Source: a virus
Taxonomy: Duplodnaviria; Caudoviricetes
Direction: 5' to 3' (one strand)
Length of the DNA stretch: 50,608 nt
IMG/VR virus record: IMGVR_UViG_3300048597_000651
Coordinates: 1-50,608 of that record
Shown one piece after another: positions 19,975 to 29,407 of this stretch (within the stretch, counting starts at the first letter, position 1; the number at the start of each line of letters is the position of its first letter). The translations under genes and the position numbers were made by a program. The notes beneath the pieces are model-generated. The model searched no databases, had not been told where the DNA came from, and was given only the letters and a program-made list of their open reading frames with translations.

Positions 19975-20194
19975 CCACGCCAGTTATCTGGCAAAACTGG
20001 TCTCTACATTAAATCGTATACGTGTATACAATATTGTTGCGCCGGCCATCGGGAGGCGTTGGGCGGACGGCGGATGGTGCGTCGCAGGGCTGCCAGAAAG
20101 CTCGCCCTGTGCGCCGATGAGGCATCCGCGATACGTGTAGCGATCCTGCCGCACTGCGCTCCCGAATGGCTGTATCTCATGGCCGCATTTGCCA

Positions 20195-20500
20195 CTACAC
20201 CCCCGCCGGCTGCACCACGAACACCTTGTCGCGCGATGCCATGCCGATGCCGGTCGAGAAGAATCGATACGTATATCGTCCTGGCAGCGCAACAGGCCAA
20301 TCCACGTAATATTTGCCCTGCGCGCTTTTCTGCACGATGTCTGGATATGTGTGCTCGATCACACTGCCAGCAGGCGTGCGGATGCGAAACGTGACGGTTG
20401 TCGGGTCCACCAGCGCGCCAGTCGCCGTGTCGCTAAACTCGCACGACAAGCGCACCAGATTGCCCAACTCGAATGTATTGACATCGCCTGCCATGCTCAC
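20195..20500 (-). CDS. Ig-like virion accessory protein
   Basis: 101 aa beta-sandwich pattern (LVDPTTVTF...GKYYVDW...GRYTYRF). Confidence 0.55.
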   Translation of the reverse strand: MSMAGDVNTFELGNLVRLSCEFSDTATGALVDPTTVTFRIRTPAGSVIEHTYPDIVQKSAQGKYYVDWPVALPGRYTYRFFSTGIGMASRDKVFVVQPAGV

Positions 20501-20997
20501 CTCACTATTTCCTCTACGAGCATCGCGCGCGACAACGACCGCTCACCAAGCGAAAGCGCGTATGCCCGGTCTTCACTGAATGCGATGCGATATCGCTGCG
20601 TCTCACGCAGCAAAGCGAAGCTTGCACCGCCTGAAACAACCACACTGGCAACGAGCGTCTGGCTGTCCTGCGTGGCGTTCAACGCTGCCAGGATGGAGAT
20701 CGCGCCGGCGGCGCTCAGAGTGTCATCGTCCTGCGTTGCACTCAGCGCGCCGGCCACCACCACCGACACAGACGCGCTCAGTGTGTCGTCGGCTGCCGTG
20801 CTGTTTAGCGCCCCACTAACCGCAACGGCCACACTGCTGCTGAGCGTGTCGTCGCCGGCGACAGATGACAGCGCGCCGGCCACATCCACCGTCGCCGATG
20901 CAACGAGCGCGTGATCGTCCTGCGTCGCGTTGAGCGTGGCATTGATGCCACCACCCGCCGGCGCGAGCAGGTTGTTCAGGAGCAGCGTGAGCAGCAT
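20497..20997 (-). CDS. Virion accessory protein with five ~21-aa repeats
   Basis: Repeats of the form ALNATQDDxTLxASxxVxVxG. Confidence 0.6.
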   Translation of the reverse strand: MLLTLLLNNLLAPAGGGINATLNATQDDHALVASATVDVAGALSSVAGDDTLSSSVAVAVSGALNSTAADDTLSASVSVVVAGALSATQDDDTLSAAGAISILAALNATQDSQTLVASVVVSGGASFALLRETQRYRIAFSEDRAYALSLGERSLSRAMLVEEIVR

Positions 20998-21016
20998 GGG
21001 TTACAGATCAGACAGA

Positions 21017-21415
21017 TTAGGCGTTGCCGGCATTGATCGTGAAGCCGGTCACGGTGACCGTCTGACTCACGGCGATGCTGGTGTTGTCGAGCTGCGCATC
21101 GCCCGTGCCAATGCCGCATGTGCCCTGCATGTGCGTGGTCGTGCCGGCGGTGTCCTTCAGGCGGAAATGGGCGGCGGTGCCCGCAGCCGCGCCCGTGCCC
21201 TGCCAGGTGCCCAGCTTGGTTTTGCTGCCCGATGAAGCCGCATTCATCCAGTCGCTCGGCAGCGCGATCTCGCACAGGAGCGTGCCACTGTCGGCGGCAG
21301 CGCAGTTGGCCGGCGCTGCGCCGGAGCGAATCTGGAGCTTGGGCGACGTGCCGATGGTGCTCTCCACCTGATCGAGCCGGTTGTTGCGAACCCCGACGGA
21401 ATACTGAATTGCCAT
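21017..21415 (-). CDS. Small virion fibre/decoration protein
   Basis: 132 aa Gly/Ala/Thr-rich beta protein within the late cluster. Confidence 0.6.
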   Translation of the reverse strand: MAIQYSVGVRNNRLDQVESTIGTSPKLQIRSGAAPANCAAADSGTLLCEIALPSDWMNAASSGSKTKLGTWQGTGAAAGTAAHFRLKDTAGTTTHMQGTCGIGTGDAQLDNTSIAVSQTVTVTGFTINAGNA

Positions 21416-21423
21416 GTGTTACC

Positions 21424-22812
21424 TCACTTGAATAAAACGTTGACGACGATCTCGTTTGCCGCGACGGCGCCGGTGTCGTTGTCGGCGACGCCGGTCGTTA
21501 GCGCATACGCAATGCCGGTAGCAAATGCAATGCCCATGCCGCCGGTGTCCAGCACGAAGCCGGCGCCGGCAGTGTTGCCAGGAATCGGCAGCGTCAGCAC
21601 TGGCGTGTCGGTGCCGACGGTCGGCGCCGTCGCTTTGTTGTAGAGCTTCAGATAGCGCACGGCGGCGTTTGTGTTCATCGCGATGATCGTAAACACCTGG
21701 CCGGCGCTGCCCTTCGCGCTGGTGGCGTTGGTCGATGCCGCACTGATGACGCGGGAGATGCTGAGTCCGCCGGCGGTGTGCGGCGTGGGCGTGACGGCAA
21801 GGCCGCCCGATGTGTTGACCGCGGCACGCTGGCCGCGTGTGGTGGCATCCTCAATCACGCCGACCGTGGCGCGCTTCGAGTCGATGCGCGGGGCGGCAGC
21901 GTCGTTTTCGGTCAGGGCCGTGCCGGCGGTCTCGTCGAAGATGAAGCCGGCCATGTGAAGGCGCGTCGTGCCATCGGTGAACGCGGCGTTGTCTGCGATG
22001 TTGCCGAGTGTGTTGATTTGACCGGTGCTGTCGGAGGCCACCGTCACGCGCAAGGTGTTGGCGCTCGATGTGCCGTTGTTGGCGGCAGCCGTGCCGCCGG
22101 CCACCTGCGCGATGTTGACCGACTGGTTGGCGGTCAGCGCACCAATGACGTTGGAGCCGGCCGGCAGCGGCGCATCCAACCCGACGAGACCGGTCGTTTT
22201 GGTGGCGCGCAGGCTGACCACTGCGGTGCCGGTGCCGGTGACCGAACAGCGCGCGCGCACCGATGCCAGTCCGCTCATCTCGGCCTGCCACTGGCCGTTG
22301 GCGGTGGTGGTGCCGGCAGCGGTCAACACGCCGGCAAACGACAGGATCGGCAGCGCAAACCAGTTCGAACCATCAAGCGTGCCTTCGACAATCACCGTGC
22401 CCGTCCAGGTGCCGGTGATCTGCACGCCGAGCGTCGCATCGGCGTTGAGGCCGGAGAGCGTGACGGCGTTGGCCGTCGAGCTGGTAGAGAGGTTTTGCGC
22501 AGTCGTCGCGGCGTCGGCTTCGCTGCGCACGCGATCCCACGTCGCGCCGTTCCAGCCCATCAGGTGCGCGGCCACCGCCGGCGCAGTGGGGTTGGCCGTG
22601 GCGTCAGCAAGCGCGGCAGCCGCCGGCAGTTCGCTGTCGATGGGCAGCCCGTTCGATGCGTCCACATCGCGCAGAACGCCATCCGAACCAAAGCCGACCT
22701 TCACGCGCTGCGCTTTCACGTTGGTCACCCCGCCGCCGTTGAGCGTGGTGAGGTCATCTGTGGCGATGACATCGCCGCCCGAACCGGTGTTTAATGTTGT
22801 GTTATCACTCAC
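21424..22812 (-). CDS. Virion fibre/decoration protein
   Basis: 462 aa, Ala/Thr/Gly-rich; AGGAGG RBS. Confidence 0.6.
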   Translation of the reverse strand: MSDNTTLNTGSGGDVIATDDLTTLNGGGVTNVKAQRVKVGFGSDGVLRDVDASNGLPIDSELPAAAALADATANPTAPAVAAHLMGWNGATWDRVRSEADAATTAQNLSTSSTANAVTLSGLNADATLGVQITGTWTGTVIVEGTLDGSNWFALPILSFAGVLTAAGTTTANGQWQAEMSGLASVRARCSVTGTGTAVVSLRATKTTGLVGLDAPLPAGSNVIGALTANQSVNIAQVAGGTAAANNGTSSANTLRVTVASDSTGQINTLGNIADNAAFTDGTTRLHMAGFIFDETAGTALTENDAAAPRIDSKRATVGVIEDATTRGQRAAVNTSGGLAVTPTPHTAGGLSISRVISAASTNATSAKGSAGQVFTIIAMNTNAAVRYLKLYNKATAPTVGTDTPVLTLPIPGNTAGAGFVLDTGGMGIAFATGIAYALTTGVADNDTGAVAANEIVVNVLFK

Positions 22813-22850
22813 CGTTTCCTCCTAAGTTGAGCGTTGACATCCTCATTCCT

Positions 22851-23549
22851 TTACCCCACACCCAATAGCGCCAGCGTTTGTTGTTTTGCAGCCCCGCCGC
22901 TGCTCGGCTCAGCGTCAAACGCCGTCACGTCGTCAATATCGACGGTGTATTGAGCCTTCTCGAAATTCGTCATATGGACGATTCCGGCGATGGCCTGATC
23001 GACATTGAGCGCGGCGACGTTGGCACTCACCGTGCCGGCGGTTGTCCAGTTCGCGCCGCCGTCGGTGGAATATTTCCACGTCACAGAGCCGGCCGTTTTG
23101 TTGTAGATGAGGCGGTGGCGATACCACGTGTTAACGGTCAGCGCCAGCGTAATGCCGCTCGCCGTCGCGCCGTTGATTGAATGGTTGTAGCAAAGCTCGA
23201 GCGTGCTGGATGCTCTAACGCCCAGCCACGCCGCGTCGTTGACGCCGGCGACGCCTAGGAATAGCACCGCCTTCGAGCCGGCGGCGTCGTAGCCGCCACT
23301 CGTCCACGACGAGAAGCGCATCTCGGCTTCCAGCACGGTGACGAGCGTTGCCGGCGTGGTGAAGTTCTGAATCCCGATTGCGTAACCGGCGGTATCGGAC
23401 GCCGAAGCCGCCGTTGCGCGCATGCCGTACGAGCCATTGCGCGCCGCGCCGGCCACGGCCGCGAGCGAATAGACGTTTGTAAACGTGCCGTTGCCCCACT
23501 GGGACAAGTCGCCCGTCTCAAACGTAATCGGCCCGGCAATTGTTGCCAT
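22851..23549 (-). CDS. Concanavalin-A/lectin-like virion accessory protein
   Basis: FETGDLSQW, NTWYRH and VDIDDV motifs of jelly-roll domains. Confidence 0.55.
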   Translation of the reverse strand: MATIAGPITFETGDLSQWGNGTFTNVYSLAAVAGAARNGSYGMRATAASASDTAGYAIGIQNFTTPATLVTVLEAEMRFSSWTSGGYDAAGSKAVLFLGVAGVNDAAWLGVRASSTLELCYNHSINGATASGITLALTVNTWYRHRLIYNKTAGSVTWKYSTDGGANWTTAGTVSANVAALNVDQAIAGIVHMTNFEKAQYTVDIDDVTAFDAEPSSGGAAKQQTLALLGVG

Positions 23550-24545
23550 TTAATTAGGTGCGACGACGCCGGCATTCGGGTATTCGCGCCCATCGACGCG
23601 AAACGTCAGTCGGCACACGCCGAACTGCACGCGGCAGTCACGCTCAATGCTTGCGCGCGCCTCATCGTCAAACCGGTCTGGATACAGGAACCATCCGACC
23701 GTGCGGAATGTGCCGACGCCGAAGGATTGATCGCCGGCGAAGTCGATGACGCGCCCGCAAATGATCCATTCGAGATCGACGTAACCCTCATCGGAGCGGC
23801 CATACCATGTCTCACACGCGCCATCGTTTTGCGCAAGGATGATCGGGCGCTCACCCGTGTCGGTCGTGCGAAGCGGCGGCTGCGCGGCGCATGGCTCAGC
23901 GAAACACAGTAGTCCGTCCCAGTAATGCACCTTGCCGTCGGTCGTTTTGAGCCAGAGCTGATAGTCATGGTCGCCGTGACTGCGCGCCATTGCCGTGCTC
24001 AGAATGTGCGCGATGAAATATGACTCCGCGCCGGCGTCGCTCACCCCATACGCGCCCTTGTAACCGGTGTGGGATTCGCGCACTTGCATGAAAGGTTTGT
24101 GCGCCGAGTTCAGCACCCACTGCGGCGGTGCGTCGCCATGCTCGTGGCCGGTCTCACATCCGTTGACCGTCGCGCCGTGCCATGCAGTCATGCTCTCGCC
24201 GCACTTGCCCACACTGCCCGTTGGCGGCGTGGTGGGATGTGCTTCGTGGGTCGCAGTGGGTGCGATGGTGGGTGCAACGGTGGGTTGAGGGGTTGCGGTC
24301 TGCGCGGGTTGGGTGACGTTTGCGCCGTAGTTGGCTTCGATGTAGGCGCTGAGCGCGCTCACGTCTCGAATGTCCAGCACGCCGTCGTTGTTGAAGTCGG
24401 CGCGTGGGTTGATGCTCGACTGCGCGCTCGTTTGTGCGCTCGTCTGCGCGCTCGTCGTCGTGGTCAGGATCACCGCCAGCATCAAGCCGGCGAAGATGTG
24501 TCTGCCAATGCCAATGCGTTTCCCAATGCGTTTCTGGTTCATCAT
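23550..24545 (-). CDS. Secreted protein with dockerin/EF-hand-like motif, Pro/Thr linker and His-rich domain
   Basis: Signal peptide; ADFNNDGVLDIRDV; GHEHGD and SHGDH motifs. Confidence 0.6.
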   Translation of the reverse strand: MMNQKRIGKRIGIGRHIFAGLMLAVILTTTTSAQTSAQTSAQSSINPRADFNNDGVLDIRDVSALSAYIEANYGANVTQPAQTATPQPTVAPTIAPTATHEAHPTTPPTGSVGKCGESMTAWHGATVNGCETGHEHGDAPPQWVLNSAHKPFMQVRESHTGYKGAYGVSDAGAESYFIAHILSTAMARSHGDHDYQLWLKTTDGKVHYWDGLLCFAEPCAAQPPLRTTDTGERPIILAQNDGACETWYGRSDEGYVDLEWIICGRVIDFAGDQSFGVGTFRTVGWFLYPDRFDDEARASIERDCRVQFGVCRLTFRVDGREYPNAGVVAPN

Positions 24546-24592
24546 TCACTCCTCTTTGAGTCAATCAAGCCAAGGGCACTCGTCAAAAAACA

Positions 24593-24904
24593 CTACAGGG
24601 AGGCCATCTCGGCCTCGATGTCAATGCCGTGCTTGCGCAGGACGCGATACAGCTTCGCGTTCTCTTTGCGCCCATCGGCGTTTTCCTTGCGCAGCGACGC
24701 GATCTCATTGCGCAGCTCGTCGCGCTCGGTTTCCCACTCATCTTTCTGCTCGCGCATCTGTTTGTGCAGGCGCGTGACTTCATCTCGTAGCAGGGACATT
24801 TCGTCGCTTCGCGCCTTGTTGCGCGTGGTTATATAGGTGACAAATGCGGTCGCAATGGCAGCGATGAGCGCAGAGACTGCGGTGATGGTTGCAGGGTCAG
24901 GCAT
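24593..24904 (-). CDS. Single-TM coiled-coil lysis accessory protein
   Basis: N-terminal TM segment then coiled coil; in the lysis cluster. Confidence 0.6.
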   Translation of the reverse strand: MPDPATITAVSALIAAIATAFVTYITTRNKARSDEMSLLRDEVTRLHKQMREQKDEWETERDELRNEIASLRKENADGRKENAKLYRVLRKHGIDIEAEMASL

Positions 24905-25199
24905 GATGACGATCTCCCGACAGCATCAGCGCAAACAGCAGCGCGATGATGATCGGTCGCACCACCAGCACCGGCAGCGCAGCGCCACCAATGGCGCCGT
25001 CGCTCATGTCGTCATACAGCGCATAGCTGTACACCAGCATCGTCGCCGTGCTGACAGCAACCACCAGCGCGCTCTTCCATCGCACGCGCTGCTCTGCGAG
25101 CCACACGCAGCGCAGAAGCCAGGCGTGCCGCCCCAGCGCCGCGCCGGCCATCACCACGATGACCAGCGCTGTGATCTCAGAAAGCAGCACCGCATCCAT
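24897..25199 (-). CDS. 3-TM membrane protein (holin/antiholin candidate)
   Basis: Three hydrophobic segments; in the lysis cluster. Confidence 0.55.
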   Translation of the reverse strand: MDAVLLSEITALVIVVMAGAALGRHAWLLRCVWLAEQRVRWKSALVVAVSTATMLVYSYALYDDMSDGAIGGAALPVLVVRPIIIALLFALMLSGDRHHA

Positions 25200-25204
25200 T
25201 GGCG

Positions 25205-25552
25205 TTAGCCCTGCGCGCCGTCGTCGTTGACACCATCAGCACCGACGGCGTCAGCGCCGACGCGCTTTTGCATCGCGTGATAGGCCTGCGACGTGAGCCA
25301 GCCGGCGATGGCAATCAGCGCCACTTTCACGAACGGCTCAGCAGCCACCAGCCACGCCGCCGGCACGAATGTCAGCACGGCCTGCGACAGCAGCGCCACG
25401 ACAAGCGTCAGACCCAGCACGATCCACGCCTTCGCCTGCGCTTCGAGCGCGTGGAAGCGCGCGCTCTGCTCCAGCAGCCACGACACCACGACCATCGCAA
25501 GGCCGCCGGTCGCAAGCTGTGTGAGCAGTTTGGTTGTCTCCAGTTCCGTCAA
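25205..25552 (-). CDS. Holin-like membrane protein
   Basis: GGAGG RBS then TTG at 25552; three TM segments; follows the lysin genes. Confidence 0.65.
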   Translation of the reverse strand: MTELETTKLLTQLATGGLAMVVVSWLLEQSARFHALEAQAKAWIVLGLTLVVALLSQAVLTFVPAAWLVAAEPFVKVALIAIAGWLTSQAYHAMQKRVGADAVGADGVNDDGAQG

Positions 25553-25572
25553 AATGCACCTCCGAATAAAAA

Positions 25573-26118
25573 CTATTTGTAGTAAATGGCGCGCACAAGC
25601 GCCGCCGAAAGCATCGCGCCATAGCGCGGCACGAGCGTCGTCTGGTCGCCAAACCACGGATCGTTGATGATGATCTGCTCAGCACCCGCCATGCCGAACA
25701 CGCCGACGGCCAGCACAAAATGCTGATCGATCTGGCTGTTGCGCGGATAAGGCACCATGTCCACCTCCAGAATTGCCAGCTTGCCGGCGCGCAAGTGTGC
25801 GACGAGTTGCATGATCTCGGTGCGCGGGAATGGTCGTGTGGGATATGACGCAGTGACACTCGCCAGCGCCGGCGCACCTGGCGCGAATTTCGCTGCGTCG
25901 AATGTGGCTGCGCACGCTTCGCACGCGCTACCGGCCGGCTGGAATCCGCGCGGCTTCATGCGCATGTTCAGCACGTCCGGCGTGAGACCACACAGCATCG
26001 CCATACTCGTGATGAGGCAGCCGTATACACCGATGGTGCTGTTGTTGGAGTTGCCCAGCATCTTCTTTGCCCAGCGCGCGTCGCGCTGTGAGAGAGGCTT
26101 GATGGATGTGTTACACAT
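25573..26118 (-). CDS. Peptidase C39-like protein (endolysin candidate)
   Basis: LSQRDARW, GCLITSMAM (Cys), QHFVL (His), INDPW (Asp); start ATG 26118. Confidence 0.8.
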   Translation of the reverse strand: MCNTSIKPLSQRDARWAKKMLGNSNNSTIGVYGCLITSMAMLCGLTPDVLNMRMKPRGFQPAGSACEACAATFDAAKFAPGAPALASVTASYPTRPFPRTEIMQLVAHLRAGKLAILEVDMVPYPRNSQIDQHFVLAVGVFGMAGAEQIIINDPWFGDQTTLVPRYGAMLSAALVRAIYYK

Positions 26119-26123
26119 GGCTC

Positions 26124-27257
26124 TTACGATCTCCATAGTTCGGTGAGCGTGTCGAGATAGTTCTGCACGTAGTAACCGCGCCAGCCGGCATGATTGGACA
26201 GCGTGAACAGCGTTGCGATCAGCAGCGGTGTCGCGCTGGCGCGTTGCTGTGTCATCCACCAATTCGCCCACTCGCGGAATTGATCCTGTGAATACTGCGC
26301 CCACGCGAAACCACCGGCGCCGGCTTCGACGCCATGCTCACCGCTGCAACTCACGACATTCGCGCTGAGGCCGCACTCGCGATACGCCTTCTCGTAGCGC
26401 ATCTCGAACCACTCCGGCTCGATGATGGGCGCGCCTGCCGGCGGGTGATTCAAGAAGCGCCGCCCTTTCGTGTAGAGATGGGAATCGAGCATTACCCAGT
26501 CGGGGTGATCGTTGGCAAACGCGACATAGGTGTCGCGCAACGCCTGCCGGATGTCGTCGCGCGTGAAATCGGGGCAGCCGTGCGAGAACGTACCGATGGC
26601 GCACTTCGCGGCGGGGTTGCGCTGATGGATGATCTCCGCCCATGCGCGGTCGAAGGCGAAATGTTCCTTGATCTCGTCGGGCGTGCCGTATGCGTAGGTG
26701 TCCGATTCGTTTGCACCGGTAAAGATCAGGTTGGGCGGCGCACCGCGCAAGCCCAGCAGGTCGGCCATCTGCGTCGGCGCGAGCTTCACGTTGTGATATT
26801 CGCGCACCATCACCCACCCGTCTGGATAGGCCCGCGCCAGGTTATAGGCCGCGAGCTGGTTGTTCATGATGAGCGCAGCGCGACAGCCGCGCCCGAACGC
26901 ATCCTCTGCGAGTTCGGCGCTTTGCAGCACGTTCACGCCGAGCTGGTATTTCGGGTGAACGGGGATGCGCGCCGGCTGCGGCGATGGCACAGGCTGGGGA
27001 ATAGGGGTGAGGACTGGCGTGAGATACAACTCGCTGCCGGCGCGCTCGCGCAGGTAGCACGCGCCCGAGTCGGTCGCAAGCGCGCTGGGTGCCAGCGCCA
27101 CACCGCCGGCCACCAGCGGCACGGTTGCCCACTCGCCAGCGATGCGCGCCACGTCGATGGTTGCGCCCTCTGGCGCGATGCCGAGAATGGGCGCATCCGC
27201 GCGGGGGTTGAAGCGCGCCCTCAGTCCACTTTTTGCGACTACTCGATATTTCGCCAT
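26124..27257 (-). CDS. SH3b domain plus glycoside-hydrolase-like lysin
   Basis: GLRARFNP...ILG...GEW SH3b pattern; NE, HLY and GEHG motifs of clan GH-A-like barrels. Confidence 0.65.
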   Translation of the reverse strand: MAKYRVVAKSGLRARFNPRADAPILGIAPEGATIDVARIAGEWATVPLVAGGVALAPSALATDSGACYLRERAGSELYLTPVLTPIPQPVPSPQPARIPVHPKYQLGVNVLQSAELAEDAFGRGCRAALIMNNQLAAYNLARAYPDGWVMVREYHNVKLAPTQMADLLGLRGAPPNLIFTGANESDTYAYGTPDEIKEHFAFDRAWAEIIHQRNPAAKCAIGTFSHGCPDFTRDDIRQALRDTYVAFANDHPDWVMLDSHLYTKGRRFLNHPPAGAPIIEPEWFEMRYEKAYRECGLSANVVSCSGEHGVEAGAGGFAWAQYSQDQFREWANWWMTQQRASATPLLIATLFTLSNHAGWRGYYVQNYLDTLTELWRS

Positions 27258-27267
27258 GTGAGAAACA

Positions 27268-27316
27268 GGGAAAAGCAAAAGCGGCGGCAACCTATCGTTG
27301 GATAGATTGCCGCCGC
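27268..27316 (-). terminator. Leader terminator upstream of the lysis/late operon
   Basis: GCGGCGGCAATCTATC-loop-GATAGGTTGCCGCCGC followed by TTTTGCTTTTCCC; TATAAT at 27347-27352 upstream. Confidence 0.7.
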
Positions 27317-27395
27317 AATACTGCGACCGGCTATTGAGTTGATTGGATTATATGCCCGATCAGTCGCCCGATCAGTCGTGCTATCCGTCGCCCAA

Positions 27396-27644
27396 TCAAT
27401 CGCCCATGCTGCCGGCGCCAATCTCCGCCGTCATCGTCTCTGCGCCGGCACGCGGCGCGCGCCGAACGCGGCACCATTCGTGATTGATGTAGACGCCGCG
27501 CCGTTCAAACTTGCGGACGCCGGCAAGTAGATTGCGCACCAGCTCGCGCTCTTCCGGCGTCCTGGGCGTGGTGTCGGGGTCGAGCGCGCTCTGTGGCATG
27601 TTCTGCGGCTTGATCTGCGGTGTGCGCTGCGGTGTTTTCGGCAT
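27396..27644 (-). CDS. Small basic hypothetical protein
   Basis: 82 aa ORF upstream of the late leader. Confidence 0.5.
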   Translation of the reverse strand: MPKTPQRTPQIKPQNMPQSALDPDTTPRTPEERELVRNLLAGVRKFERRGVYINHEWCRVRRAPRAGAETMTAEIGAGSMGD

Positions 27645-27884
27645 TGCTGCGATATGGGCTATTGCATGAGTATCACGATGTGCCGACAGAAACGGGTTTG
27701 TCTAGCGTGCCGTGATGTGGGCTTGATGTGCCGGTGAATGCCGTCTGTCTCGGCATTCACCTTGGAGAGGGATGGATAAACCCGCCGCTCTGATTGTCTG
27801 CGCAGAACGATTGTTCTGCATGCGCTTTGAATAGTGTGCCGGCGGCAAATCATTGGATGATTCAAAACTCACCCCCTTCACCTC

Positions 27885-27913
27885 TTGACATACTGTATAT
27901 ACGTATATACAAT
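27885..27913 (+). promoter_or_regulatory. Near-consensus sigma70 promoter with 18-bp palindromic operator
   Basis: TTGACA-17bp-TACAAT; perfect palindrome TGTATATACGTATATACA at 27894-27911. Confidence 0.85.
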
Positions 27914-27937
27914 GAGTGCAATCAGGGAGAGATGGAA

Positions 27938-28624
27938 ATGACAACCACACAAACAGAATTCAATTGGGAGACCGCCGAACAGATGTCCGAACGCCTGAAT
28001 ATCTACGACAATGGTTTTTCGCGCTGGCTCGAAAATGCACAGTGCCGCGCGTGGATGCGCGATTGGGAAACCAGCAACCTGCCGGCGGTGGGCATGACCG
28101 ATGCCGAGATCGTCGCCCTATGGAACGCTGAGAGAGCGGCGCAGAAAAACATCACCGAAATAGAGTTGACCGCCACCACCCTACTGCTCCAGTCGCTGGA
28201 GAAACAGGACATCCTCAACCCCTACGTGCGTGAATGGGTGGAGGGGCTATGTTCCGCCGCTACCTACACCGTGTATGCGCCGGCAGGCACTCACACCAAC
28301 ACGGCCAGCTACGACCACACTCAGTGGTCGATGGATTTCAAGGCAGAGGTTGAACGGCAGTGGGGTTCCGACAGTTCGATGAACGACAAAACGCGAACCA
28401 ATTACCGGTATTCATTTGAGATCATGAATGATGCTGCAATCAATCTCGGTATCGAGTTGGCGGCGTATCGCCGCGATGCACGCAAGGGTGGCGAACACAC
28501 TGACCGCATCGACAACATGAGCCAAATCAGCATCACCACGTCGCTGGCTGCGAAAATCGGCGAATTCGTCCACTCGCTGAGGCGATCACTTTTCTATCGC
28601 TACATTGACCAGACATTCAATTAA
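27938..28624 (+). CDS. Hypothetical protein (moron gene 1)
   Basis: AGGGAG RBS after the promoter; 228 aa. Confidence 0.7.
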   Translation: MTTTQTEFNWETAEQMSERLNIYDNGFSRWLENAQCRAWMRDWETSNLPAVGMTDAEIVALWNAERAAQKNITEIELTATTLLLQSLEKQDILNPYVREWVEGLCSAATYTVYAPAGTHTNTASYDHTQWSMDFKAEVERQWGSDSSMNDKTRTNYRYSFEIMNDAAINLGIELAAYRRDARKGGEHTDRIDNMSQISITTSLAAKIGEFVHSLRRSLFYRYIDQTFN

Positions 28625-28665
28625 GGCTATAGGGGGGCATTATCGCCCCCCAATGAGCAACAAAC

Positions 28666-28851
28666 ATGAACACTCTAAACGAAATCCAGAGCGCGCGCGC
28701 AGAATGCCTGCGCTCGTTCCACGAGTGGCAGGCGTATCAGGACGATGGGCAAACAGACACACCTGGGGCAGTCCGTGCGTGGGAACGTTATCAGAATGCG
28801 TGTGCAGAATACGCGCGCCTGACAGGACTGGAGTTCAAACCGCCGCTATGA
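28666..28851 (+). CDS. Hypothetical protein (moron gene 2)
   Basis: 61 aa, ATGA-coupled to the next gene. Confidence 0.6.
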   Translation: MNTLNEIQSARAECLRSFHEWQAYQDDGQTDTPGAVRAWERYQNACAEYARLTGLEFKPPL

Positions 28852-29063
28852 AACGCGAAGCCTTCGACGAAGACCTTCTGACGCTCATCGAGACTGGCCG
28901 CGTGGTAGCCATCCTGCGCGGCCAGCGCGTCACCCTCACCACCCCCGAAGCGATCAGGCCGCACATGCACGTGCTCAGCGTGCAAGAGGCGGCAAAGCGC
29001 CTCAATCTGCATCACCGGCCCCGCACACTGCTACAACGGTTGTGGGACTGGATTAGAGACTAA
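28848..29063 (+). CDS. Hypothetical protein (moron gene 3)
   Basis: MKREAFDEDLL...; GGAG RBS. Confidence 0.6.
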   Translation: MKREAFDEDLLTLIETGRVVAILRGQRVTLTTPEAIRPHMHVLSVQEAAKRLNLHHRPRTLLQRLWDWIRD

Positions 29064-29068
29064 CAAAC

Positions 29069-29401
29069 ATGAAAACCGCACTACAAATCATCATCAGCAA
29101 ATCGCCCGCCGCCGCCAGCGACGCGGCAGACTGCCTCAAGGCGATCAGGGTGAAATCGCCGGCAGTTCAATCGAGATACGAAAACGTGGTTCGGGTTGCG
29201 TTCGGCGATCCGCAGGCCGAATTCACCACGGATGAGCGCGCCATCATTGCCGGCTATTTGACCGGCGATGATGAGGACACCGGCACAAAGCCACACTCAA
29301 TCCGATTGAGCGATGAGGACTGGCTGCGTGCAATCGAGATCGGCAACGGCAGCGCGACCGCCGGCATTCGCATGGCGTTGCACGCATACACCGGCGGGTA
29401 G
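29069..29401 (+). CDS. Protein with C-terminal ribbon-helix-helix-like domain
   Basis: TKPHSIRLSDEDWLRAIEIGNGSATAGIRMAL. Confidence 0.6.
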   Translation: MKTALQIIISKSPAAASDAADCLKAIRVKSPAVQSRYENVVRVAFGDPQAEFTTDERAIIAGYLTGDDEDTGTKPHSIRLSDEDWLRAIEIGNGSATAGIRMALHAYTGG

Positions 29402-29407
29402 CCTCGC

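Noticed and set aside
27893-27911. LexA/SOS box
   Set aside because: It fits neither CTGT-N8-ACAG nor GAAC-N4-GTTC, so it is treated as a phage operator.
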